A program made the position numbers and the translations under genes. This document shows positions 47,569-59,033 of a DNA stretch of 64,000 bases, in pieces (position 1 is the stretch's first letter; each line of letters begins with the position of its first letter). The stretch is from Amphiscolops sp. MND2022 (taxonomy: Eukaryota). Below the pieces are notes generated by a model. It was not told where the DNA came from. It saw only the letters and a program-made list of their open reading frames with translations, and did not search any database. The stretch covers positions 16,122,001 to 16,186,000 of the forward strand of contig OZ076409.1 in assembly GCA_964187785.1 (NCBI GenBank), given 5' to 3'.

Positions 47569-49164
47569 ATGAGTACATCAAAGTCAAACTTGGACAAGTT
47601 ACTGAAACAAGCGGCTGCCAAAAAACAGGCCACTGAAGCCAATGAGGGTAAGTTTTTAGTTTCTTTGTTCTTAGTTTCAGTAGTTTATGATAGACAATAG
47701 ATTTTTTAGCAATGGATTCAAATTGAATTGGAAATTAAAATTTCGACTTAGAAATTGAAATATTTCATTTTGCGTCTTGATCTTACGTGTGATGGAAAAG
47801 GAATTAACCCGATGTAGAAAAATTATATGAAGAGTTGAAACTAGGGTCAAAAGATTATGATGAGATGCTGGGCGAAGTTCCCATGTGATATATCTTTTGT
47901 CATATTTCAATAGCTCTATTATAGCTCAATATATAATTCGGAAAACGAAAGAAAACGATTTTTTTCAGGTCAAGGCACTCCGCAACCAGCCCATGCACCC
48001 ACCGCTGAAGACAGATACAAAGATTTGGCTATGAGAGGTTAGAGACATGTCGCAACCAACAGAACATTTTAATGAATGAAGAACAAGACGAGAACGTCTA
48101 AGTCGGCGCTATATCTAAGGCTCAAAAAGCGCAAAACATTTTTTTTGGAAAAAAATTTTCGAAAATTTTTCTCTTTCGGAAAATGTCGCACAGTGCCGAA
48201 AAATGTAAAGAGGGGACCCTTTTTGATTTATAAACATGCATTCCGTTGCAAAATAACAAAAAACTCAAAGGGGGGACCCTTTGGGACATTCAAAAATTTT
48301 CGAAAAAAGTCGCACAGTGCCGAAAAAAATCAAAAGGGAGGACCCTTTAGTCTCGGCCGGTTTTGTAGTTACGTTAAAAAAAGTAAAAAATGAAAGGAGG
48401 GACCCTTTGGAGACAGAAAAAATTTCGAAAAAAAGTCGCACAGTGCCGAAAAAAAAGTCGAAAGGGGGGACTCTTTAGTCCCGTCCGGTTTTGTAGGTTA
48501 CCTTGAAAAAGTAAAAAACGAAAGGGCGACCCTTTGCACTAAGTTTGCCTTGGCCCCTTGGCCGGACTTGGCCATTTTATCCTGCATGCATGCCTGCAGC
48601 ATGTAAAAAATTCCAGTAGTCTCAACTAGCGATACTTTTAGACTAAGTTAGAGTATGGGAAAGTCATTGGCAAATATTTCGTGTTTTTTTCTCGTTATTC
48701 AGTTCGTGACTTATTGCACAAATGGACATGAAAGCTTTGATGAGGATTATTGCACCTCGTAAAAACAGTTAATGATGTTTGCTGTTTAAGATTTGAGTTC
48801 CGCCTATCCGATATACTTTTTCATATGATGAGCTTTCGTATGTATAGTTCAATTAACTCTCATATGAACAAAAAGGTGTATGTTCTCAATTGAAGACAAA
48901 ATCACTGTTAAATAGAGAAGTTGCAGAAGTTATCAGTCCATTACTAAATAGAGAAACAGTTTTGAGGCTTCGTGCTTCGTTTCAGCCCGAGTTCTGAGTG
49001 CAGTGTTGGATCCAAAAGACAAGAAAAAGAAAAAGCGAGGCAGTGCTACCTTCGCAGTAGAGGACGAACTGGTGCCAGCCGAAGTGAGTCCGGCCTCTCA
49101 GTTGCAGGCAGGAGCCGATTTCGACAATGACAAGAAACTTCAACAGACGGAACAGCAACTTAAA
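47569..49164 (+). CDS. Putative 5' coding exons (47569-47647, 47969-48037, 48986-49164) of the coiled-coil gene
   Basis: ATG plus GT/AG sites with compatible phases (1, 1, 0); spliced frame reads MSTSKSNLDK...GQGTPQP...ARVLSAVLDPKDKKK...QQLK. Confidence 0.6.
48082..48580 (-). mobile_element. HINE-family copy (3' end at 48082)
   Basis: AACAAG..AAGTCGGCGC end and AAAGTCGCACAGTGCCG internal repeats. Confidence 0.7.
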
Positions 49165-49878
49165 GTAGGAAATGAATTGCACGCAGTTCTGTTGATTTTA
49201 CCATTTGGGGGAACAAAACGGAAACGTCTCAAAGGCTCAAAAGGAGCAAACTTTTAAAGATATGCTCAGGACTTTTTTAAATGAAAAACTCAAAAAAAAC
49301 ACTCAAAGGGTTCCTTTAATGCTCGGAAAACGCATCAGTAGTTCGGATATAGCGTCCTGAGACAGATGCGAGTGCTTTGTTTTCGAACCACTGCCTCCTC
49401 CTTAGTAAAAGGCAATATGGTTCGGATACAACTTCAAAAATTCGCATATGCCGCATAATTTTCGAAACTCCACCACCTCCAAAATTCGGATAGTATTGCA
49501 AAAATTATCGTTGGATATTCATTGAGAAAACCTAATATCAGACAAAAAATGATAAGGTCAAAAAAATGTAAAAGGGGGACCATTTGGGATTCTTTAACAT
49601 CCTTCCTGTTGCAAAATATTAAAACAAACCTTTCGAAACATTGTAAAGTTTCCGGGAAAAAACGAAAATTGAGAATATTAAACAGTGTCACAGTGCCAAA
49701 AAATGTAAAAGGGGAGACCCTATGGGTCTTTTTACTATCCACATTCTAATGCAAAATATCAAAAAATTGAAGGGGTACCCTTTGGTGCAATCAGAAAGAT
49801 TCCGAAAAAAGTCTCATAGATTCCGAAAATAGTCTCATAGTACCGAAAAAGTTCGCAGTTCAAGTTGATCAAATGAAT

Positions 49879-50405
49879 AACAAGGCGGGACCGGCCCAAG
49901 TCGGCGCCATATCCAAGGCTCAAAAATAGCAAAAGGACTTCCAAGTGTCAATTCACAGTACTCGAAAATCGAAAAGCCAAAAAAACGGAACGAGTGGCGC
50001 GCCGGGGCCCGCTAGCGCGAGCCCCTGGCGCGCTAAAGAGAAAAAATTGTTAGAAAAAAAATCTCACAATGCCGAAAAAAATTGAAAGGGGGGACCCTTT
50101 GGGATTTTTCAACATCTATTCTGTCGCAAAAGAGCAAAAAAAATTGAAGGGGGGACCCCTTGGGAAAATTTTTTTCCCGAAAAAAGTCTCGCAATGCCGA
50201 AAAAAATTGAAAGGGGGTCTCGCCCGGTATGGTATGTTACGGGGGAAAACGGGAAAAACCTTTTTGGTTCAGTTCGCTAGACCAAATAGTGCAATTTGGT
50301 GCAATAATATTTTGTAGAACTTTTAAGAACTATTTTGGCCAGTTCGTGTGGATTGAAAAAAAGCCACTATAATAGTCGCGTTTCACTTCATGAAGCGCCG
50401 ACTAA
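49879..50405 (-). mobile_element. Complete HINE-family copy, inside a related element (~49220-50483)
   Basis: Asymmetric subterminal inverted repeats AGTCGGCGC/GCGCCGACT; a second GTGCCGACTAA end at ~50473-50483. Confidence 0.75.
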
Positions 50406-50489
50406 AAAGTGGCTAAAAACTATACAGGGCTAAAAAACTACCCACTGTAAGAGTCGGGAATTTTCTTCAAAAGTGCCGACTAAAAAATG

Positions 50490-51830
50490 CCTAGTAAGAT
50501 ACCTTGAGAAACTTTCAATACTAACGGAAAATCATTTTGGATTTAGAAAAAGAGAGGAAATACTGTTCAAATTGCAACTTCCCTATGAAAGACAATGATA
50601 TCAGATTGGGATAATAAAAACCTAATGAACATTATTCTCGATTTTCGGACAAAGTTTTACTGTAAAAACTGAATAGCCTTGGTGTCCGTGGAAACGTTCA
50701 TGCACCAATAGCTAGCTGTTTAACAGATAGAAAAACGTTGGTGAATATCAACTCTGAAAATTCCAACTTTTACCTTGTTGTATGAGGGGTTTCTCAAAGA
50801 TCTATTCTCAGGCCACTTCCATTATTCGTGTACATAAACGATATTGGGTCAAACAGAAATCATCAAATAGAAAATCAAAGGCAATTTCACACCCCGCTTG
50901 TTGAAAATTCATTTTCGGAGACTGGGAATCTGAATCATATACAAACTCGGTTAGCATCAAATGGATCAATACGAATTATGCGAGATCAAAATTTGTAGTT
51001 TTCGAGAAGCGAGCAAATTTGTATCAAAATATTATTCTTGATGAACAAATCATAGCTTCTTGTGAGCGTTATAACTACTTGGGAAATTGTTTGATGAGAA
51101 AATGTGATTTTTGATGTACATATCGCAATGTCATCGAGAATCTTTCAAAATAATGTGGAATTGTCTATAAACTTAAGGAAACCTTCAAAAAACCTCAGTC
51201 ACTTGCTTACATAAAAGCGTAGGTGTCACTGGTTGTCCAATATGACATGCTTTTGTATGGCCTTGGAAGAAAGACAACTGTTCAATAGATTTTCGTTGTT
51301 CAGAGAAAATGGTCAGCATAGCACTCCGTGTACGACTGTCATAAAGATCTAGTGTAGGAAATTTTAAGTACTACAAAATAAGCACTGTATTTGAATTACA
51401 TAAATACGAGCTTCTTAAATATTTCTTATTCCTTGAACTCAAATATGAAAAAACCTGATGTATGGTCTCAACAGAAAGATGCCAGAAATAAGAAATATAA
51501 CATCTGGAACTTTACGACAAAAAATGGTTTGCTGGATTTTCGCGCCCATAAATTGAAAATGCATTAGGAAGATGGGGAAGTCTTTCCCAGCGATCATGAA
51601 GTAAATGAGATGAAAGATAAGAAATTAACGAATTTTCTAACACAAAGTTACAAAATTTTCGTTAACGGTGAACTGTTCGACTGAACTTTTCATCATCGTT
51701 GCAAAAACCACCTCTACATAACAACAGAATGTAAAAAAAGGATTAACACACTGGAGGAAAACTGCTTGTGGAAACTCAGGTTCTAAGGAATCTACGGTTC
51801 GTTGCCTCAACGGCTGAAAGCTTGCCAAAA
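50490..51830 (+). pseudogene. Heavily decayed CR1/L2-like LINE
   Basis: Remnants NHFGFRK, GVRGNVH...LTDRK, GVSQRSILRPL, VYINDI. Confidence 0.7.
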
Positions 51831-51869
51831 AATAGAATATTGGACCTTGGAAAATGAACTATTATTGAT

Positions 51870-52325
51870 ACCAAGCAGGAACGGCATAAGTCGGCGCCAT
51901 ATCTAAGGCTCAAAAATAGCAAAAGGACTTCAAAAAGTCAAGTATTCTTTTACAGTACCAGAAAAACCCAAAAGTCGGATGAAATTGGCGCGCTAAAAGT
52001 GGGGACCCTTCGGATTTTCAACATCCCTTGTTACAAATCATCAATAAATTGAAGTTGGAACCCTTTGAGGAAAAAAAATTCTCGAAAAGGAAGTCTCACA
52101 ACGCCAAAAAAAAATTGAAAGGGGGACCCTTTCGTCTCGCCCGGTATTGTATGTTACGTGGAAAAACAGGAAAAACCTTTTTGGTTGAGTTCGCTAGGCC
52201 AAATGGATCAATTTGACACCATAAAATTTCGCAGAACTTTTGTAGAACTATTTTGGTCAGTTCGTATGAATTGAATAAAAGAGTCACTATAATAGTCTCG
52301 TTTCACTTCATGAAGCGCCGCCTAA
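51870..52325 (-). mobile_element. Complete HINE-family copy
   Basis: Same two termini as 49879-50405. Confidence 0.75.
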
Positions 52326-53741
52326 AAACACATAGGATGATTGAGATTATACTGCATGAAATGAAAAAAGTCTTGTCAGCATATCCAATGTGTTCAAGAG
52401 AGAAACAGACTTTTTTGGAAGAATTTGGGATGCTATGCTTTCGTAAAGAGCGTCAAACATTTCTGGTACAGCATTTTTTGTTTTGATAGCGAAAACTGTT
52501 CCATTTCATGGAAAATGTATTGAGAAGCTTTACGCAATTTGAAGCCAATTATCCGACTCTTGCTATCAAAATAGATACCAATGATCTCAAACTGTGATCA
52601 TGCAATTAGGTAACTAGAATATTTTGAGCATTGAAAATCTAAAGCAGGTCAATTCTAAATTAGAGCTTTCTGGCGTTGCAAGACAATTTTTCTCAAGACC
52701 ATACATTGGATTCGAGCTATGGAAACGATCTGGTTTAGGGACCAAAAGTAGTGAAATGAGATATGATCCAACATGGATTTCGCACCAACACAAGCCTTTT
52801 TCTCCAACATTTTTAGTTTCTCTGAACATTTTTAGTTCAATTTACATGCTTCTATGATTTAAAACTCGTTATTTGCAGTTTATCGTTCCGAACAAACTTG
52901 TGTTGAATGTCCTAAGTTAATTGTTATGTTTTTAAATTTTTCTTATCCTCATACCGATAGAAACAATGCTAAACTATACAACACTTGCATGAAACCTTCA
53001 AATGTTGAAAAGTTTGAACGTTTTTGTTTGATGCTAAGCATACTCCCAATAATTATTTCTGTACAAAACTGTGCTAAGCAGCTGAATGTTTTTACACTCT
53101 GTGGACAGTCGTAACCACAGAAACATCCAAAACGTTGACAAAGATGCAAAAAATGGACGGAAATTAAAAAAAAACTTGTGTCCTTTTAAGTTTTGTTTTG
53201 CAAAACACGAGATGCTAATTTTGCTAATGAACTTGTTGGTTTTTCATTGTCTGAGAAGTATGCAATGCTTTCACAACAGAACATAAATCTTCGAAAATTG
53301 GCGCTTGTTTGTAATTTTTCAAACTCTGTGACTTTTCATACCGGGAAAATAGTTATCTGTAAGAAAGTGAGGTAAAATGGTCGAAACTTGAGAAATTTTT
53401 GCCGTCTCCTTCTTGAAGTGAAATGGATAGCTAATTTACTATTCGTCAAAATTTGATTTTCTAAACCACGAAGACATTTGAAACCTCAGGAACAAGTTGT
53501 CAAAATTTCGAAGATTTTTGAATTTTCGATTTTTTAGAGTCGTTCCGAGGTACGTTTTTAACCCCAATTAACCCGACCGTGATATTTTTCAAGGTATTTT
53601 TAATACAGAATTTTGAATGTGTGCGTGAGCTAGCTTTTTCAACGAATCTGGAAAGTAACTTTACCTAATGTATTCTGTTTCTCTGATATCGATTGGCTGC
53701 TTTAAAGCATCTTCAGGTCATTCGTGTGAACTTTGCTGAGT

Positions 53742-55978
53742 TTAGTCTGGTTTATAAAAAACGCATTGAATCGAATATTCAAGTTTAATTTGTGTGAAAA
53801 TTAAGAAACATGATTTTTCAGATACACAAAGGTGTAAATTACACTTCACGCATATAGTTTTGATCTGGCTGGTGCATCCTGGAAGCTTGCACTTTCCTCG
53901 ATTTGAAGCCGTTTTTGGTAAATGGTCGATCCCATCGCGCCTGACTTCTTCAGGTCGAAGGTTTTCAACATTTCCTTTTCGTTTTTTATCGAGAAATTCG
54001 CATTGCACGCTCGAAAACGTTCGACGTTTAGCTAGAACATTTTTTCTGGTTACAGTTTCAGCGATTTCCAGTTTGAAATCCCACAGCGTCACCCAGTCTT
54101 TTTTCGGCAACTCTGTGTCCTCGCACGCTCTTCTATATTCCAGCCAGGAATTTACCACAGCAGCATCTAGGAAGTGGAAGAAAATTTTGAAACAGAACCG
54201 TTTGTTACTTTGGATCCGCGAACGATAAAGGGCGATATAACTGTCGAAAGCGTCGACGCCGCCCATAAAACTGTTGTACTCTCGAACACAAGCAGGTGTT
54301 GATACTTGTATATACTGTCTAGTTTTTCGATCGACTCTTCTAAAGAAACCAATTAGCTCTGCCCCGCAGAAATCGCTCAGAAAGTGAACTGGCCTATTGT
54401 CTACCCCACTGGATCGCTACTATATCATTATCGTTTCCGGGCATTGATGCAGTTTTCACCTGTATTGTACCTCTAATCCACTTTTCTATCTCATTGGAGA
54501 AGGTTAGACCACCAAAGCGGTTGCTACGGTAGGTGCTGAGAGATCTGAACCCTCTCGTATTTAGTTCTTCAATGAGATTGCTACTGGTAAACCAATTATC
54601 GAAAAATAGCTTCAGTTTTTTCCCCTCGCGCAGAACATCAATCAAACGTAAAACAACAGAACCTGCTACCTCAACGCGGGATGAGTTTTCTTTCTTTGCC
54701 TTGATGTAAAATTCAACTTTGTGTATCAGACCTTCTGTTGACGTCAGTGCAAACACCTTGTAGCCCCATTTTTTAGGTTTCTTAGGATTATACTGACATA
54801 ATTTCTGGGACGATTTTTCGGTCTGCATGGGAATTATTTGCTCATCAATTGAAAATCTATCACCAAACGGTAGTTGGCAGGCAACCGAATTGAAGTTGTC
54901 GATGATCGCGGCGAATTTGAAACTTTGCTGTTGTTGTTTCCCGAAAATCGTTGTTGCAAAAGTGCGAGTTGTTTTTGATTGCTTCGAAGTCATTCCGGCT
55001 CATTACATCAGCCACTTGTTTGACATAGATTTTGCTGGATCAAAAATTGCGGATATTCGTAATCCCAAAAAGAGACATGTAAACACTACAGCCCATGAAA
55101 TTTTCAAGTTTCCTGATGTCCAGAGAAAAGGTTGTATTAGGATTTTTCTCTGTACTGTACTGATTGGTCTCTCTACAGATGTAGCCCAACCAGTTTTTGC
55201 TGATATATGGCCTAAAATATACCATCGGCGATTTAACTAATGTCTCAAGTGTTATTACATGCGAACTATCCGAGTCAGAAAAGTCAGGGTCTTTCGTATT
55301 CCAAATTTGCCTGCTCTCTTCGCGAGGAATCAAGTCTGTCAAGGGCTCGTCGTCTTGAGAAGAGTCCGAATCCGTATCCTCTGTGATTTGCCTTTCTTCG
55401 TTGGCTATCGAATTTTCTGAGCCTTCACTGTCATCGGTTATTTCGCTCAATATATATCCTTTATTGGCCTTTTGCCTCAGATCATATTTGAATGCTGCTT
55501 TTTCTACGCGACTTGTTGATCCCGTGACTGGCGTCAGAGTTAAGTCCATATTTATCAAGTCTTCAACCTCAGGAATCTCAGAAAAAAACAAATTCGAAAA
55601 CGTACTTCCTGCTGACTGGCGAAGAATAGTTTCATTGTTTTCAGGAAAGTGGTTCGAAGGAGTAATCGTTTCACTTTCGTTTGGGCTGGAACTGTGAATT
55701 TCTGAATATTCTGATGAAGAACTGTCCGGCGTTTGGTCATTGACGGATGCGTATGCTTCGGCATCGATTATTTGACCAGTATTTGGATTTATCATGTCTT
55801 CTTTGCGTGGACGAATACACGAAGACTTCGTATGAGTGGTCCAGTCGGAATATCCTTCGAGTTTAACTTTGTAGGTCCTGGTAAATTGTTTCAAAATGAT
55901 GGCCGGCCAATAATGAACCCATTTTGTCTCTGGGTCCAGCCAAAGAACGTTCACCCGGTCGCCTATTTCGTAACTCAT
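53742..55978 (-). pseudogene. piggyBac transposase with N-terminal Tudor-like domain, frameshifted
   Basis: FSIDEQ, KPKKWGYK, FFDNWFTS, YNSFMGGVD; Cys-rich C-terminus CKLPGC...CVKCNLHLC. Confidence 0.92.
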
Positions 55979-56031
55979 TTGTTTTCTGAAAAAAAATCGA
56001 ACAGATAATCAATTCTTCAGAGAAATGCAAG

Positions 56032-56213
56032 CAGTTTTCCGTCAAATTTCGGAGTGCAAAGGAAATTGGAGAGTTTTATAATAAATGTTTTGAAGAGAAA
56101 TGAATATGAATAAACCTATGATATCATAGGTTTGTTCATATTCATTTCTCTTCATAACATTTATTATAAAACTCTACAATTTCCTTTGCACTCCGAAATT
56201 TGACGGAAAACTG
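56032..56213. repeat. Spacerless palindrome with 91-bp arms
   Basis: Centre CCTATGAT|ATCATAGG at 56122/56123; 3 mismatches. Confidence 0.97.
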
Positions 56214-56730
56214 TGATATTTCAAAGCAAATTTTAGTCATTCCAATTGCGCCGAATTTAACTTGTGACTGCTTTAAAGCAGCCGTCTGTGAAATCAAATT
56301 TGAAGCATTTCAAAACTGAATAGTTTTTAATGAAGTTGGTGAATGAACGGAGCCCTGTTTGGCTTATAATTTCCGCAAACTGAAGTACCCACCAGTTATT
56401 CCAGTGCGGACCATGAGCTGACTGAATCGACTATCTTTTGATAACACAGTCAGCTGTCGGTGTTTACCGCCGTTTGTAGAAGTAAAGAAAAATTTTATAT
56501 TGATATACCCTCAGCATCACTGCATGGTTTATTTAATCTTTTGTATTGTGAATGTAGTGGTCATTGTTTGAAGCGAAGCACAGTCTGGTTATAAAATGAA
56601 TGACGTTATTGACAATTCTCACTACGCTGCTTTAAACCAGTCGCAGGTTCATTGGGGTAAAACAAAGATTGTATCTTCGTAAGAGAAAACCAGAGAGCTG
56701 GTTTGTTAGTCGTTGTACGCTTTGGATATT

Positions 56731-57266
56731 CCCGGGTTGGCAACCAATCGCAGTCCACCGGTGGTCACCGATGATTCACCGAAGTCCCACCGGTGAACCA
56801 CTGAGGTGGCATCCGCAACTTTTGCGGTGGCCACCGGTGGAAACATTTTATGTTGTTACAAAATATTTCAAAAATCATGACGCGAACCTGAAATCATTTT
56901 GTTAACAGTGCAGCATATAACTCTGCTCTATCAGCTCTTATATTTTATTTGTTTTGCCTTAGCTATATTCGTTCAGCAGCATTGTCTGAATCGCGGCTTG
57001 CGGAAACGCGGTGCCAAAAATGTCTTTATTGCTGCAGATTAAGTTTTTGAAAAGTTAAATAACCTCCAGAATCCATAATGAAATAATGGCAATCAGTAAC
57101 TTTTCTTCAGTAATTTTCCAGAATGCACAATTCATTTTTTTGAAAAAAACAACACCAGTGGCCACCGATGGAAATAGTGACTGATTATCCAAAATTGCCT
57201 CCACCGATGGTCACTGGTGCTCCACCGGTGGTCACTGATGGTTTGCGGTTATAGTGCCAGTACGGG
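56731..57266. mobile_element. Possible MITE with CACCG(G/A)TGG subterminal repeats
   Basis: CCCG...CGGG ends with weak TIR similarity; repeat clusters at both ends. Confidence 0.5.
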
Positions 57267-58202
57267 TTCTAACCTACGAAGACAATTGACAACTGTACAA
57301 AAATTGCGAATAAAAGGGCCTGCTTTGGAAATAACATTGATTAAAAGAGTCACAAAGTGGGAAAGTTGTTTAAATTTTCATTTTTTCTGGGGTCATTCTG
57401 GGGGCACGTTTTGTAGTGGTTGGAGTATCTCGGCAAATACATATAGAACGAGCCTATTTTATGGCAGTTGATTTCTTTTAAGAAAAAAGTAAAATTATTT
57501 GGATGATACAAAACAATGCACAATAGTAGATATGACGTTACACTTTTACCATCCAAAATGGACGAAGAAGGAGCATAATTGCTCTTCCAGTCCTTGCCTC
57601 GACTCGAGTCTTCGGCCTTGATTTCGAGTCTGTGACAGAAGCTCTATAATTTGGGTATAAAAATTGAACATGGCAAAATGAGGAAAGAATGCGGCATTTT
57701 GTAGCTTTCCTTTCCCACGTGGAAATATGGGCGGTAAAAAAAATGTAATTTTTGCTTTTTCGCTGGAGATCGCTCTACGTGGGAAGATCCGCAAGTACGC
57801 TCAAGCGACGTTTCCAAAATTGAACCGTATACATTTACCTCAAAAGCTTAGACATTGATGCTAAAAAATTTTGAACTCACTTTTACATGCCATGTTATTT
57901 ATATTGAATTGAATGCTTGTTTGTTGGTGAAAATCGAAAAGCTTTACAATATTTCAAACAGAATTGCATGAATCAGTTCATGAATCAAAACAAAACAGGT
58001 TAAATTTCAATCAATGAATAAAATTTTCGACCTAAATGCCCGAAAAACTTTCTTTCATTAGATCCGTACTTTGGAAGAACATGTGCACGACATTTACAGG
58101 TTCTTTTTTCTTTAAAATCAGGTTACGGATTGTATCTGGTATATCCTCTTTCTACGGACTTTTTGCCCAAGTTTTAAAGAAAACAAAATTGTCCCAAAAG
58201 CC

Positions 58203-58417
58203 CCAGCTTGATTTTCATACACTTTCAGTCGGCGCTTCATGAAGTGAAATGCCACTATATATAGTGGCATTTCACTTCATGAAGCGCCGACTGAAAGTGT
58301 ATGAGAATCAAGCTGGATAGAACTTTTTTGGTCAGTTCGTGTGGATTGAAAAAAGAGCAGCTATTATAAAAGCTGCTCTTTTTTCAATCCACACGAACTG
58401 ACCAAAAAAGTTCTATC
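58203..58417. repeat. Two abutting palindromes (57-bp and ~50-bp arms)
   Basis: 58203-58316 centred on CTATA|TATAG; 58316-58417 centred on CAGCTATTATAAAAGCTG. Confidence 0.95.
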
Positions 58418-58776
58418 AAAAGTTCTACAAAATGCTAAGACTCCAAATTGTACCATTTGGCCCATGGAACGGAACTGTAATACTTATTCCTTTTTTAGCA
58501 CAACATACAAAACCGGACGAGACTGAAGGGTCCTCTTTTTGATTTTTCCGGCACTGATACTTTTTTCGAAAATTTTTAATGATTCCAAAGTGTCCCCCTT
58601 CAATTTTGCAACAAAATGGAAGTCAAAAACCCCAAAGGGTCCCCCCTTTTAGCGCGCCAGTTCGGTCCCCTCTGGGTTTTTCGGGCACTGTGGAATAGAA
58701 TATTTGACGCTTTGAAGTCCTTTTGCTATTTTAGAGCCTTAAGCGGGGCGCCGACTTTTGCCATTCCCGGCTAGGT
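58224..58776 (+). mobile_element. HINE-family copy with a rearranged 5' end
   Basis: AGTCGGCGCTTCATGAAG start and GCGCCGACT...CCATTCCCGGCTAGGT end. Confidence 0.7.
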
Positions 58777-59033
58777 AATTTAATTGCAGTCACGTGAGAC
58801 CAACTGCCCCCTTTGGATATTTTTCGGTATTGTTGGATTTTAGATAACTGTTATTTTAAAGCCTTAAGGAGGGGCCGACTTGTGACGTTCATATCTTGTT
58901 GGTCATGAAACATTTTTCCGAAGTTACCAGAAAGTTTTCGATGTTGAGTGACTTTTGCTTATTCTAAAGGTTTTTCAACTAGTGTGTGAGAAAGAGTACC
59001 CACACATTGCGTAACTTTTTGCGTGCTTTTTAG

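Larger units (their letters stand above)
53562..56657 (-). mobile_element. piggyBac transposon, 3,096 bp
   Basis: TTAA at 53558-53561 and TAAA at 56658-56661; TIRs CCCCAAT(T/G)AACC(C/T)G; internal TGCTTTAAAGCA-like palindromes at ~53698, ~56269 and ~56628. Confidence 0.85.

Noticed and set aside
57549..57642. Possible isolated minus-strand exon (SFCHRLEIKAEDSSRGKDWKSNYAPSSSILD)
   Set aside because: Plausible AG/GT ends but no partner exons or recognisable homology
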